A stretch of 46,706 bases of DNA from Candidatus Bathyarchaeota archaeon (GTDB taxonomy: Archaea; Thermoproteota; Bathyarchaeia; Bathyarchaeales; DTEX01): positions 1 through 46,706 of the forward strand of contig PIYH01000002.1 of the NCBI GenBank assembly GCA_003601695.1. The letters run 5' to 3'. The position numbers and the translations under genes were made by a program. This document shows positions 9,884-19,063 of this stretch, piece after piece. The stretch's first letter is position 1. Each line of letters opens with the position of its first letter. The notes under the pieces are model-generated. The model searched no databases. It worked only from the letters and a program-made list of their open reading frames with translations, and was not told the DNA's origin.

Positions 9884-11251
9884 TTGGAAAAGCTCATGAA
9901 GATGCATATAGGATTCGATGATACAGATTCTCCGCGTGGAGGATGCACAACATATATAGCGGCGATACTTATTGAACGTCTACATAAACTCGGCGTCTCC
10001 CTAATCGATTACCCAGAGCTAGTGAGGCTTAATCCTAATGTTCCATGGAAGACTAGAGGCAACGGAGCAGTCTGCTTCAGAATCCTATGCTCAGAAGATC
10101 TGCAAGATGAAGTAAAGGAACACGTTGTCCAGACGGTTGAGGAGCAAGCCGATCTAAGTTATAAGGGAACAGATCCAGGGGTTGTCTTCTTAACTGGCGA
10201 TGTTCCAAGCGAGATTGAAGCATTTGCTAAGCGAGTTATCACGGGACTTGTGACGAAAGATGAAGCCTTAACCCTTATCAGAAAGTATAAGGCTGAAGCG
10301 TATGGCTTTAAGAAAGGCCGCGGAATAATCGGCGGTTTGGCAGCTATAGGCGAACAGTTAAAGGAGGACTACACATACGAGCTGCTCTCCTACCGGGTTC
10401 CAGAAAATAGGGGGATCCCTAGAAAAATCAAAGAGTCATCAGTCGTTGAGATGGATAAGAAACTTGGAAATTTGGTCTTCAATAATGTTGATTATGAAAC
10501 TGGAAGAATTCTGATAACTCCAAGAGGACCGGATCCTGTCCTCTATGGCATAAGGGGAGAAACCCCGGAGGCAGTTAGGCGTGGACATGAACTCGTAGTC
10601 TCAGAGGAGCCTATAGAAAGATGGGTTATATTCCGAACAAATCAGGGAACAGATTCCCATTTAAAGAAAATAATCGCGATCAGTCAAGTTAAGCCATACA
10701 GTCCCGTCATAGTTAGAGGCAGAGTTTCAGAGGAGCCTAAAATCATTAAGGGAGGTCACGTAATCTTCAAGGTTAGAGATGGAATGGACGAGATTGACTG
10801 TGCAGCTTACGAGCCAACTGGTAGCCTTAGAAGAATAGTTAAGAGACTCATCATAGGCGATCTCGTTGAGGTTTATGGCGGAGTTCGCCCGCCTTCACAA
10901 AGCAATCCGACGACGATAAATATCGAGAAGATCAAAATCATTGAGACTGTTCCTCTCCTCATGTATCGTAATCCTCCCTGCCCCATCTGCGGGAAAAGAA
11001 TGAAATCTATGGGGAAGGGGAAAGGCTTTGAATGTAAAAGATGCGGCTTTCGTAGCGGAGACTTGAAAAAAATAGTTATTAATGTTAAGAGGCATCTAAA
11101 GCCCGGATTATACGTGACACCTCCTCGATCACAGAGACACCTAACAAAGCCTCTGAGCAGATATGGTCAAGAAAAGAGGAAGCCTCCAGACTTCATAGGA
11201 AAAACTATTCCATATGAAAAAGTGTATCGTTGCTATTATCCATCTGAGTAG
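9884..11251 (+). CDS. tiaS: tRNA(Ile2) 2-agmatinylcytidine synthetase
   Basis: IGFDDTDS..GGCTTY, LVRLNPNVPWKTRGNGA, PRGPDPVLYGIRG, TNQGTD, AAYEPT, C-terminal Zn ribbon, RHLTKP. Confidence 0.96.
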   Translation: MEKLMKMHIGFDDTDSPRGGCTTYIAAILIERLHKLGVSLIDYPELVRLNPNVPWKTRGNGAVCFRILCSEDLQDEVKEHVVQTVEEQADLSYKGTDPGVVFLTGDVPSEIEAFAKRVITGLVTKDEALTLIRKYKAEAYGFKKGRGIIGGLAAIGEQLKEDYTYELLSYRVPENRGIPRKIKESSVVEMDKKLGNLVFNNVDYETGRILITPRGPDPVLYGIRGETPEAVRRGHELVVSEEPIERWVIFRTNQGTDSHLKKIIAISQVKPYSPVIVRGRVSEEPKIIKGGHVIFKVRDGMDEIDCAAYEPTGSLRRIVKRLIIGDLVEVYGGVRPPSQSNPTTINIEKIKIIETVPLLMYRNPPCPICGKRMKSMGKGKGFECKRCGFRSGDLKKIVINVKRHLKPGLYVTPPRSQRHLTKPLSRYGQEKRKPPDFIGKTIPYEKVYRCYYPSE

Positions 11252-13023
11252 TTCTCGACCCATGAGAATTTTTTCTGAAGCGATTTTGGATAGTACATTT
11301 TCCAGTCGAAGCCTACCTTCCCACCCCAGCGGTAGTAGATCCTCGGGTCGATATAGCTCCTCAGTGACGTGTTTAGGTTGTAATCTCTTGTCTTCATCTT
11401 TGCGTCTATCCAGAGTTTCATCTTCTCTATGAAGGTGCGTTCCCGCTGCTTCAGCTTTGCCAGTCTCTCCCGAAGTCTCATTAATTGACCTCTATGCTTC
11501 TCCCTGAGCCTCCTGATGGATTCTCTCTGTTTTCTTATTCTCCTCCTTAGACTTCTTATTCTCTTCTCCAGAGTCTTCGTAGGCTTTCCCTCATTCTCCC
11601 TCTGAACTAGCTGGCGACGAGCCTCTTCAAGCTTCTTCCTCAATGATTCAATATTCGCCTCGTATCTTCTAAGCCTCTCGAGATACCGAAGCCGCTTCTC
11701 TTTAAGTTTCTCTTTGATCTTTCTTTCCTTCTCCTTCGCCTTTTCCATTCTCTCCCTTAGTCGTTCCCTTCGCCTTTCCAACGATGCCCTCCAGCTCTTT
11801 GGAATTTTACGGCGATGATTGCAAACTTTGGCGGCTTCAAGATTCGCTATCGTCGCCACATACTTCTTCACATATTCAGGATCCTCTCTTTTAACGGGGA
11901 TCTCCTTAAGCTTCTCTTCTACGGCCTTTGACGCATAGTAGGTGCGGAAAACTTTAGCTGAAAGTCCAGTTACTACTTCGTCGAGGAACTCGCTGACTCG
12001 CTTAGAGTTAACTCCGTCGAAGATCGATGACTTAGCATTTGCTGAAAATTCCTTTAGATTTCTTATCACGATCTCCGGCAACTCTTCCTTGAAGACGTGT
12101 GGAACGGAGTCTTTTCCTAAGAATTTGAAGACAACTCTCCCATCATCGCCGAATTTTATGTGTTCAGGCCGAAGAGTTGAAGCTCCTACAGTATCAGCCT
12201 CATCGGGATCCTTTTCATCGCCCACCCGAATCTTAAGTATGTCGATCAGGTAGCATACGGTTGCTATCTTTCTTCTTAAGGGATCCTCCGCGTCTAAATT
12301 CTTCATTATGTGCTTCTTTATCTTCTCTATATTATGCTTGAGCTCTATAGCTTTGTTGAACTTCTCAATCTCTCTCTTCTGTTTAGGCTCGCTGTTCTCA
12401 GCGAGCCATACATACTTCATCTTTCCGGAGAGCTTATCTCTCCACCGAGCGATCCACATTACATCGGATCTCCACACTATAGCTTTCCAGTTTCCCGGAG
12501 GTCTAGGAGCATCTGGTGAAAGATTGAGCTCTATATCCTCTTCGCTTGGCCCCTCTTTCCATCTTCCACGTTTAGGATGTTTTCCGCGTCCGATAAATAT
12601 ACAAGAGGGCTCAACCGTGTAATTGCTAACCTCCACTCTGACGCCGTCAACTATTGCATAGCCATACTTCTTCTTGTTATCTTCCCTCAGCGCTTTCCTT
12701 TCCTCTCTCAGGCGTTTTTTCTCTTCTCTAGTTAGGCTCTCTTTCCATCTCCTCTCTTTCTCCACATACTCTATTATTTCGGAGAAGTCGAAGTCTTCAG
12801 GCTTAAGTTTCTCGCTGATCCTCAGAGCTTTACGGAAATCCTCGAAGAAGTTTCGAACAAATACTTTATCGTTAACGTATTCAGTTCCCATCTTCTTAAC
12901 CCAGGCGATCGCCATCTCCTCTTGTTTCGGAGTTAAATGTATCCTTTTACCTTTAACTGATATGCAGAGCTCCTTCCACTCATATTTCGGGATTAGAACC
13001 CCATTATGGATAAGCTGCTTCAT
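11236..13023 (-). CDS. top1: DNA topoisomerase IB (eukaryote-like)
   Basis: GRGKHPKRGRWK, catalytic pentad in IRVGDEK, FLGKDSV, AKVFRTY, CNH and TSLRSYIDPR; coiled-coil linker. Confidence 0.96.
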   Translation of the reverse strand: MKQLIHNGVLIPKYEWKELCISVKGKRIHLTPKQEEMAIAWVKKMGTEYVNDKVFVRNFFEDFRKALRISEKLKPEDFDFSEIIEYVEKERRWKESLTREEKKRLREERKALREDNKKKYGYAIVDGVRVEVSNYTVEPSCIFIGRGKHPKRGRWKEGPSEEDIELNLSPDAPRPPGNWKAIVWRSDVMWIARWRDKLSGKMKYVWLAENSEPKQKREIEKFNKAIELKHNIEKIKKHIMKNLDAEDPLRRKIATVCYLIDILKIRVGDEKDPDEADTVGASTLRPEHIKFGDDGRVVFKFLGKDSVPHVFKEELPEIVIRNLKEFSANAKSSIFDGVNSKRVSEFLDEVVTGLSAKVFRTYYASKAVEEKLKEIPVKREDPEYVKKYVATIANLEAAKVCNHRRKIPKSWRASLERRRERLRERMEKAKEKERKIKEKLKEKRLRYLERLRRYEANIESLRKKLEEARRQLVQRENEGKPTKTLEKRIRSLRRRIRKQRESIRRLREKHRGQLMRLRERLAKLKQRERTFIEKMKLWIDAKMKTRDYNLNTSLRSYIDPRIYYRWGGKVGFDWKMYYPKSLQKKFSWVENYSDG

Positions 13024-13203
13024 GGACTTCTTCTCTCAGTTTTCTAAATAACTCCGTATCTCTTATAATTGAGAATAATTAAGCGTTTCTTCATGAAGAT
13101 GCGAATTAACATATATTTCATCCACAAATCTTAATTGCTTAGAACACTTACCTCAAGCTAGAACAAAGATTGTTCTTTAACGAGGCTTAAAGAAAGAACT
13201 TGT

Positions 13204-13671
13204 TTGGGAGGCTTCAAATTGGATTCACACGCCTCAGCACGATCATTGGAGCTTAAGAACGATTCAAGGCATAATGAAAAAACAGCATCTAAAGGAAAAG
13301 TGATAATTATAGAAGATGACGTGGAGGTTCTTGAAAGCCTAAGTGAAGTTCTTACGTCTGAAGGCTACGAGGTTGAGACGGCGACGAGCGGTGAGGAGGG
13401 TATAAGGAAATGCAGAGCTAAACGGTTTTCTCTGGCACTACTTGATATTAAGCTGCCAGGCATGAATGGAACACAGGTTCTCGAAGTACTACATAAGGAG
13501 TTTCCCAGCATGGTGAAGATCATGATCACGGGATACCCATCTCTAGAAAACGCTGTAGCTTCGTTGAAGCAGGGAGCTGATGCATATTTGATGAAGCCGA
13601 TAAAACCGGCGAGTCTTCTGAAAATCTTAGATGAAAAGATAAACAAGCAGGCTTTAATGGAGAAAATGTAG
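13204..13671 (+). CDS. Stand-alone response regulator receiver (REC) protein; true start may be downstream
   Basis: IIIEDD, phosphoacceptor LLDIKLPGMNG, MITG, GADAYLMKP; no output domain. Confidence 0.92.
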   Translation: MGGFKLDSHASARSLELKNDSRHNEKTASKGKVIIIEDDVEVLESLSEVLTSEGYEVETATSGEEGIRKCRAKRFSLALLDIKLPGMNGTQVLEVLHKEFPSMVKIMITGYPSLENAVASLKQGADAYLMKPIKPASLLKILDEKINKQALMEKM

Positions 13672-13683
13672 GATGCGACGACC

Positions 13684-15147
13684 TTGAATGATGGAGATAG
13701 AATCCCTCAGGAGATAGTGAAGTTCTTCAAGATCTTTCCGGGGCAGACCTTGCTTATCAAGGGAAAGCCTGGAACCGGAAAGACGATACTGTCATTTGAG
13801 ATTCTAAAGGAGATATGCGAGGAACGCAATGGACTTTACGTCTCTACAAGGGTTAACCCGGAGAAGATCTATCACCTATTTCCGTGGATAAAGAATATAG
13901 TTACTGAAAGAAATGTGATAAATGCGACGCCTAAAAGGCTTCACGAAGCCTTAAGACTCTCGGGAAGCTTCCTTAACAGACCCTTTGGATTCGACGCCGC
14001 CCTGAACTTCTTCAGGATGCTTTATGAAGATGCTGAAGAGATGAATAATCCTGTAGTGGTGATTGACAGCTGGGATGCGATGCTTGGAAGTCTTAACCTT
14101 CAGAATAATAGAGCATCATTCACACAGAGCATATGCGATTTTTGTCATGAAACCAGAACTCATCTAATTCTAGTATCTGAAACGGATAGACTTGAGGATC
14201 TTGATTATATAGTGGATGGAATAGTGACCCTCCTAGATGTGGATATGCAGGATGTGAAAGATAAGCCATACGTAGAATATTCGAGATCTAGAACGCTGAG
14301 ACAGATAAGGATAGACAAGCTCAGAGGCTTAGAGAGGAAAATGAAGAGGTATGTATTTTCACTGCAGAATGGAAGGTTTAAGTACTTTCCACCAAGTAGG
14401 GATGTAAGAGTCATCGAAGCGGAACCCCTTCCGGACGTTGATGAGATGCACAGGTCAAGCGGCATAAGAGATTTTGACAAGATATCTGGCGGGCTGAAGA
14501 GAGGTGAATTAACGCTCTTCGTTGTGGAGGAAGGAGTTGGATTACGATATGTTCCATTTCTAGATCAGATAGCGATTAACCTATCATCTAAGGGCTTAGG
14601 AGTTGTCCGCCTACGCTCAGTTGGCTCCATATCTCCAGAAGACCGTGAACTTGAAGAGAGATATAATGGGATATATTCTTATAAGCCTGAATCTTGGATA
14701 ACTTGGCGCTTAGAGAAGCTCTTTCCTTCTGCTGAAGAGTACATGAATTTTCTCGAGACTGTTAGGAAGGATAAGGCTGACCTATTAGAGTTTTCACTTA
14801 TGGAGTCGAGGAAAGAATACCTTGTATTCTTAGAAAAACTGATGAGGAAACATTCTGGTATAGTTGAGATTCTCGGGTTAGATATATTTGAGATTCTTTA
14901 TGGTCCAGAGAATACCCTGAAGCTTCTGGATGAAGCGATCAGCAGGGCGCTGAGGAATAATGAAGCGCTTATAGCAATAGCTAAAAAGGGAATGAAATCT
15001 TTAGAGATGATGACTCAGCTCGCCGCCGCACGCTTCGTCTTTAAAGACATTCTTGGAAATCTGTTCATCTATGGAGAGCAGCCCAGAACTGGACTCTATC
15101 ACGTGTCATCTAGCAGAAATGGCATTCACCTAACTCCAATAGTTTAA
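13684..15147 (+). CDS. KaiC/RAD55/GvpD-like tandem RecA-fold ATPase
   Basis: Domain 1: LLIKGKPGTGKT, YVSTR, VIDSWD, LDYIVDGIVTL, IRIDKLRG. Domain 2 begins SSGIRDFDKISGGLKRGEL and has a degenerate Walker A. Confidence 0.85.
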   Translation: MNDGDRIPQEIVKFFKIFPGQTLLIKGKPGTGKTILSFEILKEICEERNGLYVSTRVNPEKIYHLFPWIKNIVTERNVINATPKRLHEALRLSGSFLNRPFGFDAALNFFRMLYEDAEEMNNPVVVIDSWDAMLGSLNLQNNRASFTQSICDFCHETRTHLILVSETDRLEDLDYIVDGIVTLLDVDMQDVKDKPYVEYSRSRTLRQIRIDKLRGLERKMKRYVFSLQNGRFKYFPPSRDVRVIEAEPLPDVDEMHRSSGIRDFDKISGGLKRGELTLFVVEEGVGLRYVPFLDQIAINLSSKGLGVVRLRSVGSISPEDRELEERYNGIYSYKPESWITWRLEKLFPSAEEYMNFLETVRKDKADLLEFSLMESRKEYLVFLEKLMRKHSGIVEILGLDIFEILYGPENTLKLLDEAISRALRNNEALIAIAKKGMKSLEMMTQLAAARFVFKDILGNLFIYGEQPRTGLYHVSSSRNGIHLTPIV

Positions 15148-15264
15148 TCTTTCATTTCATAAGTCTTCCTGATATTATGTGGAAAAGAAAACGCTTTAAT
15201 CGTTGCTTTAGGATGTATTAAGAGATAAAAGGAATCATGACAAACGAGAGGAGAAATATAAGAG

Positions 15265-15627
15265 ATGAGTAATGAAATTAAGCTTCCGCCAGCCGTTCAG
15301 GAAAGGTTGCTGAGGCTTCAGCAGCTACAGCAGACCCTTCAGAGCCTTCTTGCTCAGAAGCAACAAGTTGAACTTGAACTTCTGGAGGTCGATAGAGCTT
15401 TAGAGGAACTTAAGAAGACGCCGGATGATGAAGTCATCTATAAATCCGTCGGCTCAATTTTAGTAAAGACTCAAAAATCAAAGATTACTAAAGAACTTGC
15501 TGAGAGAAAGGAATTAGCGAACATGAGGATTTCGGTCCTCGGAAAACAGGAGGAGAGAATAAGAAGCCAGATAAAGGAGCTGAATGAGAAGCTCCAGAGG
15601 GACCTTCGTCCATTATCGCCGCGTTAA
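15265..15627 (+). CDS. pfdB: Prefoldin beta subunit
   Basis: LPPAVQ..L.RLQQLQQ, ALEEL, IYKSVGSILVK; 120 aa coiled coil. Confidence 0.95.
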   Translation: MSNEIKLPPAVQERLLRLQQLQQTLQSLLAQKQQVELELLEVDRALEELKKTPDDEVIYKSVGSILVKTQKSKITKELAERKELANMRISVLGKQEERIRSQIKELNEKLQRDLRPLSPR

Positions 15628-15801
15628 AACTGCTTCAAAAGCCTTCACATGCCTCGTTATTTACTAGTCTAATTAACTACCTCAGGTTTGACGAAGCCTT
15701 AAACGTGAATTCTGGTGGATGAATAGAAGCCTCCAGAGAATAGGCTTATAGAAAACTGTTAAACGTCACTGCATCTTTAAATTGAAGATGAGAGGATACA
15801 G

Positions 15802-16797
15802 TTGTCGTTTCAAGATATCGTATCTTTAATTCACAGGGTTAAGCCTAGACATATTCTTCTTCTCTGTCACCAAAATGCGGATCCAGATGCGTTGGGATCA
15901 GCCTTCGCCCTTTCAAGGCTTCTGAAAAGAATATACCCCAAAGTTAAGGTCGAAGTCGCCTCCCCCGAAGGAATAAGTAAACTCTCCGAAGCAGTATCAG
16001 ATCTTCTGCCGATGAAGATTACGACGGATAATCCAAAATTTACAGCTAATATAATCATCATGCTGGATACGAATACGACTAAGCAGCTGGGTTTATGGGA
16101 AAACGATGTGAAGAAAACAGAGGCTCCGCTTGTGGTGATTGATCATCACGCAGCTCATCCGGAAACCGAAAGCATAGCATCCATCATGATCTGCGACGAA
16201 AACGCATCATCAACCTGTGAGATAATCTATAGGTTCTATGAGGAAATAGGCATGAAGCCGTTGAAGGAAGAGGCTGAAGCATTATTTTTAGGGATAACAT
16301 TCGATACTAAACACTTTGTATTGGCAAATTCTAGCACATTCAAGGTTGCTGCAGCCTTAGTTGATGCTGGTGTAGACGCTCAGAAGATAATCTCTAGGCT
16401 TACGCTTCCAACAAGTCTTTCCGAACGCATAGCTAGGCTTAAGGCTTGCAGAAGAATGCATCTCATCAGGATAAACAATTGGCTAATAGTCTTCTCACAT
16501 GTGAGTTCATTTCAGGCTTCAGCGGCACGTGCCCTCATTGGGCTAGGGGCGCATTTAGCATTAGTCTGCGGACAGAAGGATGATAACCTTCAGATAAGCA
16601 TAAGATCTGACATGGAATTCTATAAGAAGACAGGTTTCCATTTGGGAAGGGATCTTGCTAAACCTCTCGGAGAATACTTTCATGGAATGGGAGGTGGACA
16701 CTCAACAGCCGCTGGAGTTAATGGGATAGGCGATTATGAAGCAGTTGTTAAGCGGGCTTTGCGGATAATAAGAGAGAAGCTAAGAAAAATATCTTGA
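15802..16797 (+). CDS. DHH-family phosphoesterase (DHH/DHHA1)
   Basis: HQNADPDA, MLDT, IDHH, GITFDT, GGGH; position after pfdB is common in archaea. Confidence 0.9.
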   Translation: MSFQDIVSLIHRVKPRHILLLCHQNADPDALGSAFALSRLLKRIYPKVKVEVASPEGISKLSEAVSDLLPMKITTDNPKFTANIIIMLDTNTTKQLGLWENDVKKTEAPLVVIDHHAAHPETESIASIMICDENASSTCEIIYRFYEEIGMKPLKEEAEALFLGITFDTKHFVLANSSTFKVAAALVDAGVDAQKIISRLTLPTSLSERIARLKACRRMHLIRINNWLIVFSHVSSFQASAARALIGLGAHLALVCGQKDDNLQISIRSDMEFYKKTGFHLGRDLAKPLGEYFHGMGGGHSTAAGVNGIGDYEAVVKRALRIIREKLRKIS

Positions 16798-16817
16798 GGG
16801 TTTCTGATAAAGAGGAG

Positions 16818-18986
16818 TTATTTCTCCTCTTTAATTTTCTTTGCGAATTCTATGCACTTCCTTTTGAAGTTCTCGTAGCTATTTGAGAATTCATTCATCG
16901 TCTTTACGGTAGCGCCGAAGCTTCTCCACTCCTTGGGTTTCAGTCCACGATTTCCATATTTACTTCTATCTGGAATCCCAGCTTCCTTCAGAATCTCTTG
17001 TTGATGGGGAGTGAGCTCATATGACTTTATGAATTCATCTTTTATGTCCATCCATTTCTCTGTAAGTCTATACAGGATCTCCGGATCGATCTCCCTAAGA
17101 ACGGATTCACTATACTCTTCAATGTTAAAGCCTTCCTTGAGACTTGTAGAGTACACATTCATCTGGTGATTCGGAAACTCCGTATGCGTCATATTCTTCC
17201 CGCTCAGCGTTAAAAGGGTCTCTCTGGGATGCCTCTTCGAAGCTGGTAACATATCTATTCCGCTTAGAACCTCCTCTGCCTGCTCATCTGTAAGTCCATA
17301 CTTCGACTTCAAGTAAGAGATCCATAGGGGAAGATTCTGAGGAGCAAAGAAGATCTCATAAACGCGTTTAGTAACTAGGATTCCGCAGTACTCTATGTCG
17401 TGTTCAAGCTTATCTAGAAACTCTTTTACCTCCTTCCTTGAACTTGAGGGAACGCCGGCCTCGGCGAGAAACTCTACAAGAGGTTCCTTGTTCATTGGGC
17501 GGAGGAATCTCCTGCTACTGATCGCCTTAACCATCTCATCCAAGGTTTCTTTATCCTTAACACTCTCCCACGCGTTTAACTTCATCGCTAAATTCTTAAG
17601 TGCAAGCTTTTTATCCTCGAATCTCTCTAGGGCTCTTTTGATTAGCTTCTCAACTTGAACCTCTCGCAGGTGATCATCTAGTCTGCCACCCATGTTCGTT
17701 TCATACACGGTCGTCAGCGGTATACCCTTCTTAACAGCTTCAGCCCGCCCCTCCATCTTAGCCAGTATCAGCTCTGTCTCTTGGGAGACAGTGAAAGTAA
17801 CAGTGTTGTTTGTGCCTATGCCTAAGCTTTCGAGCTTCCTTGTAATGTCGATGGCTGCCGGTGAGCTTCCAGCAACCTTAAATACGATATTCGGTCTTCC
17901 TCTCTCCTCGTTTTCTGAGTAGCCCCACAGCAAGTATGAGTCGTATCTTCTAAGGAAAGCTTCAGCGTCCTTATAGAATTTAAGTGCGTCCCTAACGCTT
18001 CTTTCATAATCATCCGCTATGTTCGGGTTAAGTTGAAGGCTTATCATGCCATGCTTCATTCTTGAGGCTATAGATATCGGCCTAAAGACGACAAGATTCC
18101 GCCATATGCTCACCTCCGTTCCGTAAGCGGCTAACTCATCTCCGAAGGACTCTGGATCCTTGAGGATCTCCTCATGCTCTTCAACTATCCCTCTGAAATC
18201 CGAGCATAAATCCTCCTCTCTGAATCCTTCCCACTGAGTCGGGTCATCAGTATAAGCGATAGCCGCTAGGGATGGATTCGTTGATACTTGAACAAATCCT
18301 AGGTGACGAAGCCACCTGAGACCTAGAGCATAATCGTTTCCGAATTTGCATATTTCCGCGGCGCTCATCCTGTAGTAAACATTATTTTGGATGTGCTCTA
18401 TAGCTGATGACAAAAACGAGTCAAGCACGTTTTCATCATCGATTCTCTTCTCGATCTCCTCCGCAACGTGGGCAACCATAGATCCAGGAGGTCTATAGTA
18501 ATTCTTCATCACCTTCTTCATCTCTGAAAGAAAATTCTTCACGACTGCCCTTGCTACGGAAGAGGCTCCTCCCCCTATTTTGCTTCTCCTCTCATACTCT
18601 TCGAATCCACGGAGGGCTTCCCTTATAATCTCTATAGATCTCTCAGCTTCTCCATCGCTGAAGCCAATTCTCTTCCTCTCGAAACCTGCAAGGTTTAAGG
18701 CAATATTTATGAGAGCATCATATATTCTGCTGAGAAAAAGCATGATCTCTTCCTTTTTCCCCTGCATTAATAAGTGATTGATCTTGAAGTTCAGTTGCCG
18801 AATGACGTTTCCAATAGTCTCTTTGAGATGCCCCCGCATCTCTCTATGTAAAATATGATCAGCCGCTAGCTTCGGATAGCCCTTCAATGTAAGATACACT
18901 ATGTGTCCAGCGTGATCCTCACTTGGAGGCGGGTACTCAAGATCCTCAGGTTTTGCTAATGAAAGAACTTCTTCAACATTAATCAT
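16818..18986 (-). CDS. Large transaldolase-family protein with N-terminal extension
   Basis: VSTNPSL, SLQLNP, NIVFKV (Schiff-base Lys), TNNTVTFTVSQ, GRLDD. Confidence 0.75.
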   Translation of the reverse strand: MINVEEVLSLAKPEDLEYPPPSEDHAGHIVYLTLKGYPKLAADHILHREMRGHLKETIGNVIRQLNFKINHLLMQGKKEEIMLFLSRIYDALINIALNLAGFERKRIGFSDGEAERSIEIIREALRGFEEYERRSKIGGGASSVARAVVKNFLSEMKKVMKNYYRPPGSMVAHVAEEIEKRIDDENVLDSFLSSAIEHIQNNVYYRMSAAEICKFGNDYALGLRWLRHLGFVQVSTNPSLAAIAYTDDPTQWEGFREEDLCSDFRGIVEEHEEILKDPESFGDELAAYGTEVSIWRNLVVFRPISIASRMKHGMISLQLNPNIADDYERSVRDALKFYKDAEAFLRRYDSYLLWGYSENEERGRPNIVFKVAGSSPAAIDITRKLESLGIGTNNTVTFTVSQETELILAKMEGRAEAVKKGIPLTTVYETNMGGRLDDHLREVQVEKLIKRALERFEDKKLALKNLAMKLNAWESVKDKETLDEMVKAISSRRFLRPMNKEPLVEFLAEAGVPSSSRKEVKEFLDKLEHDIEYCGILVTKRVYEIFFAPQNLPLWISYLKSKYGLTDEQAEEVLSGIDMLPASKRHPRETLLTLSGKNMTHTEFPNHQMNVYSTSLKEGFNIEEYSESVLREIDPEILYRLTEKWMDIKDEFIKSYELTPHQQEILKEAGIPDRSKYGNRGLKPKEWRSFGATVKTMNEFSNSYENFKRKCIEFAKKIKEEK

Positions 18987-19063
18987 ATTCTAGCTTCCCC
19001 TTTGAGAGTGTTTAATTAAACTAAAGGAGAGATCCAATTTATCTTTTTTATGCTTCTTGGGAT

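Noticed and set aside
13684..15147. Gas vesicle cluster or circadian clock
   Set aside because: No gvpA/C/N or kaiA/B in the window; only family-level similarity is supported.
688..15627. TIP49 plus prefoldin as an R2TP/prefoldin-like system
   Set aside because: They are 13 kb apart on opposite strands with unrelated genes between them.
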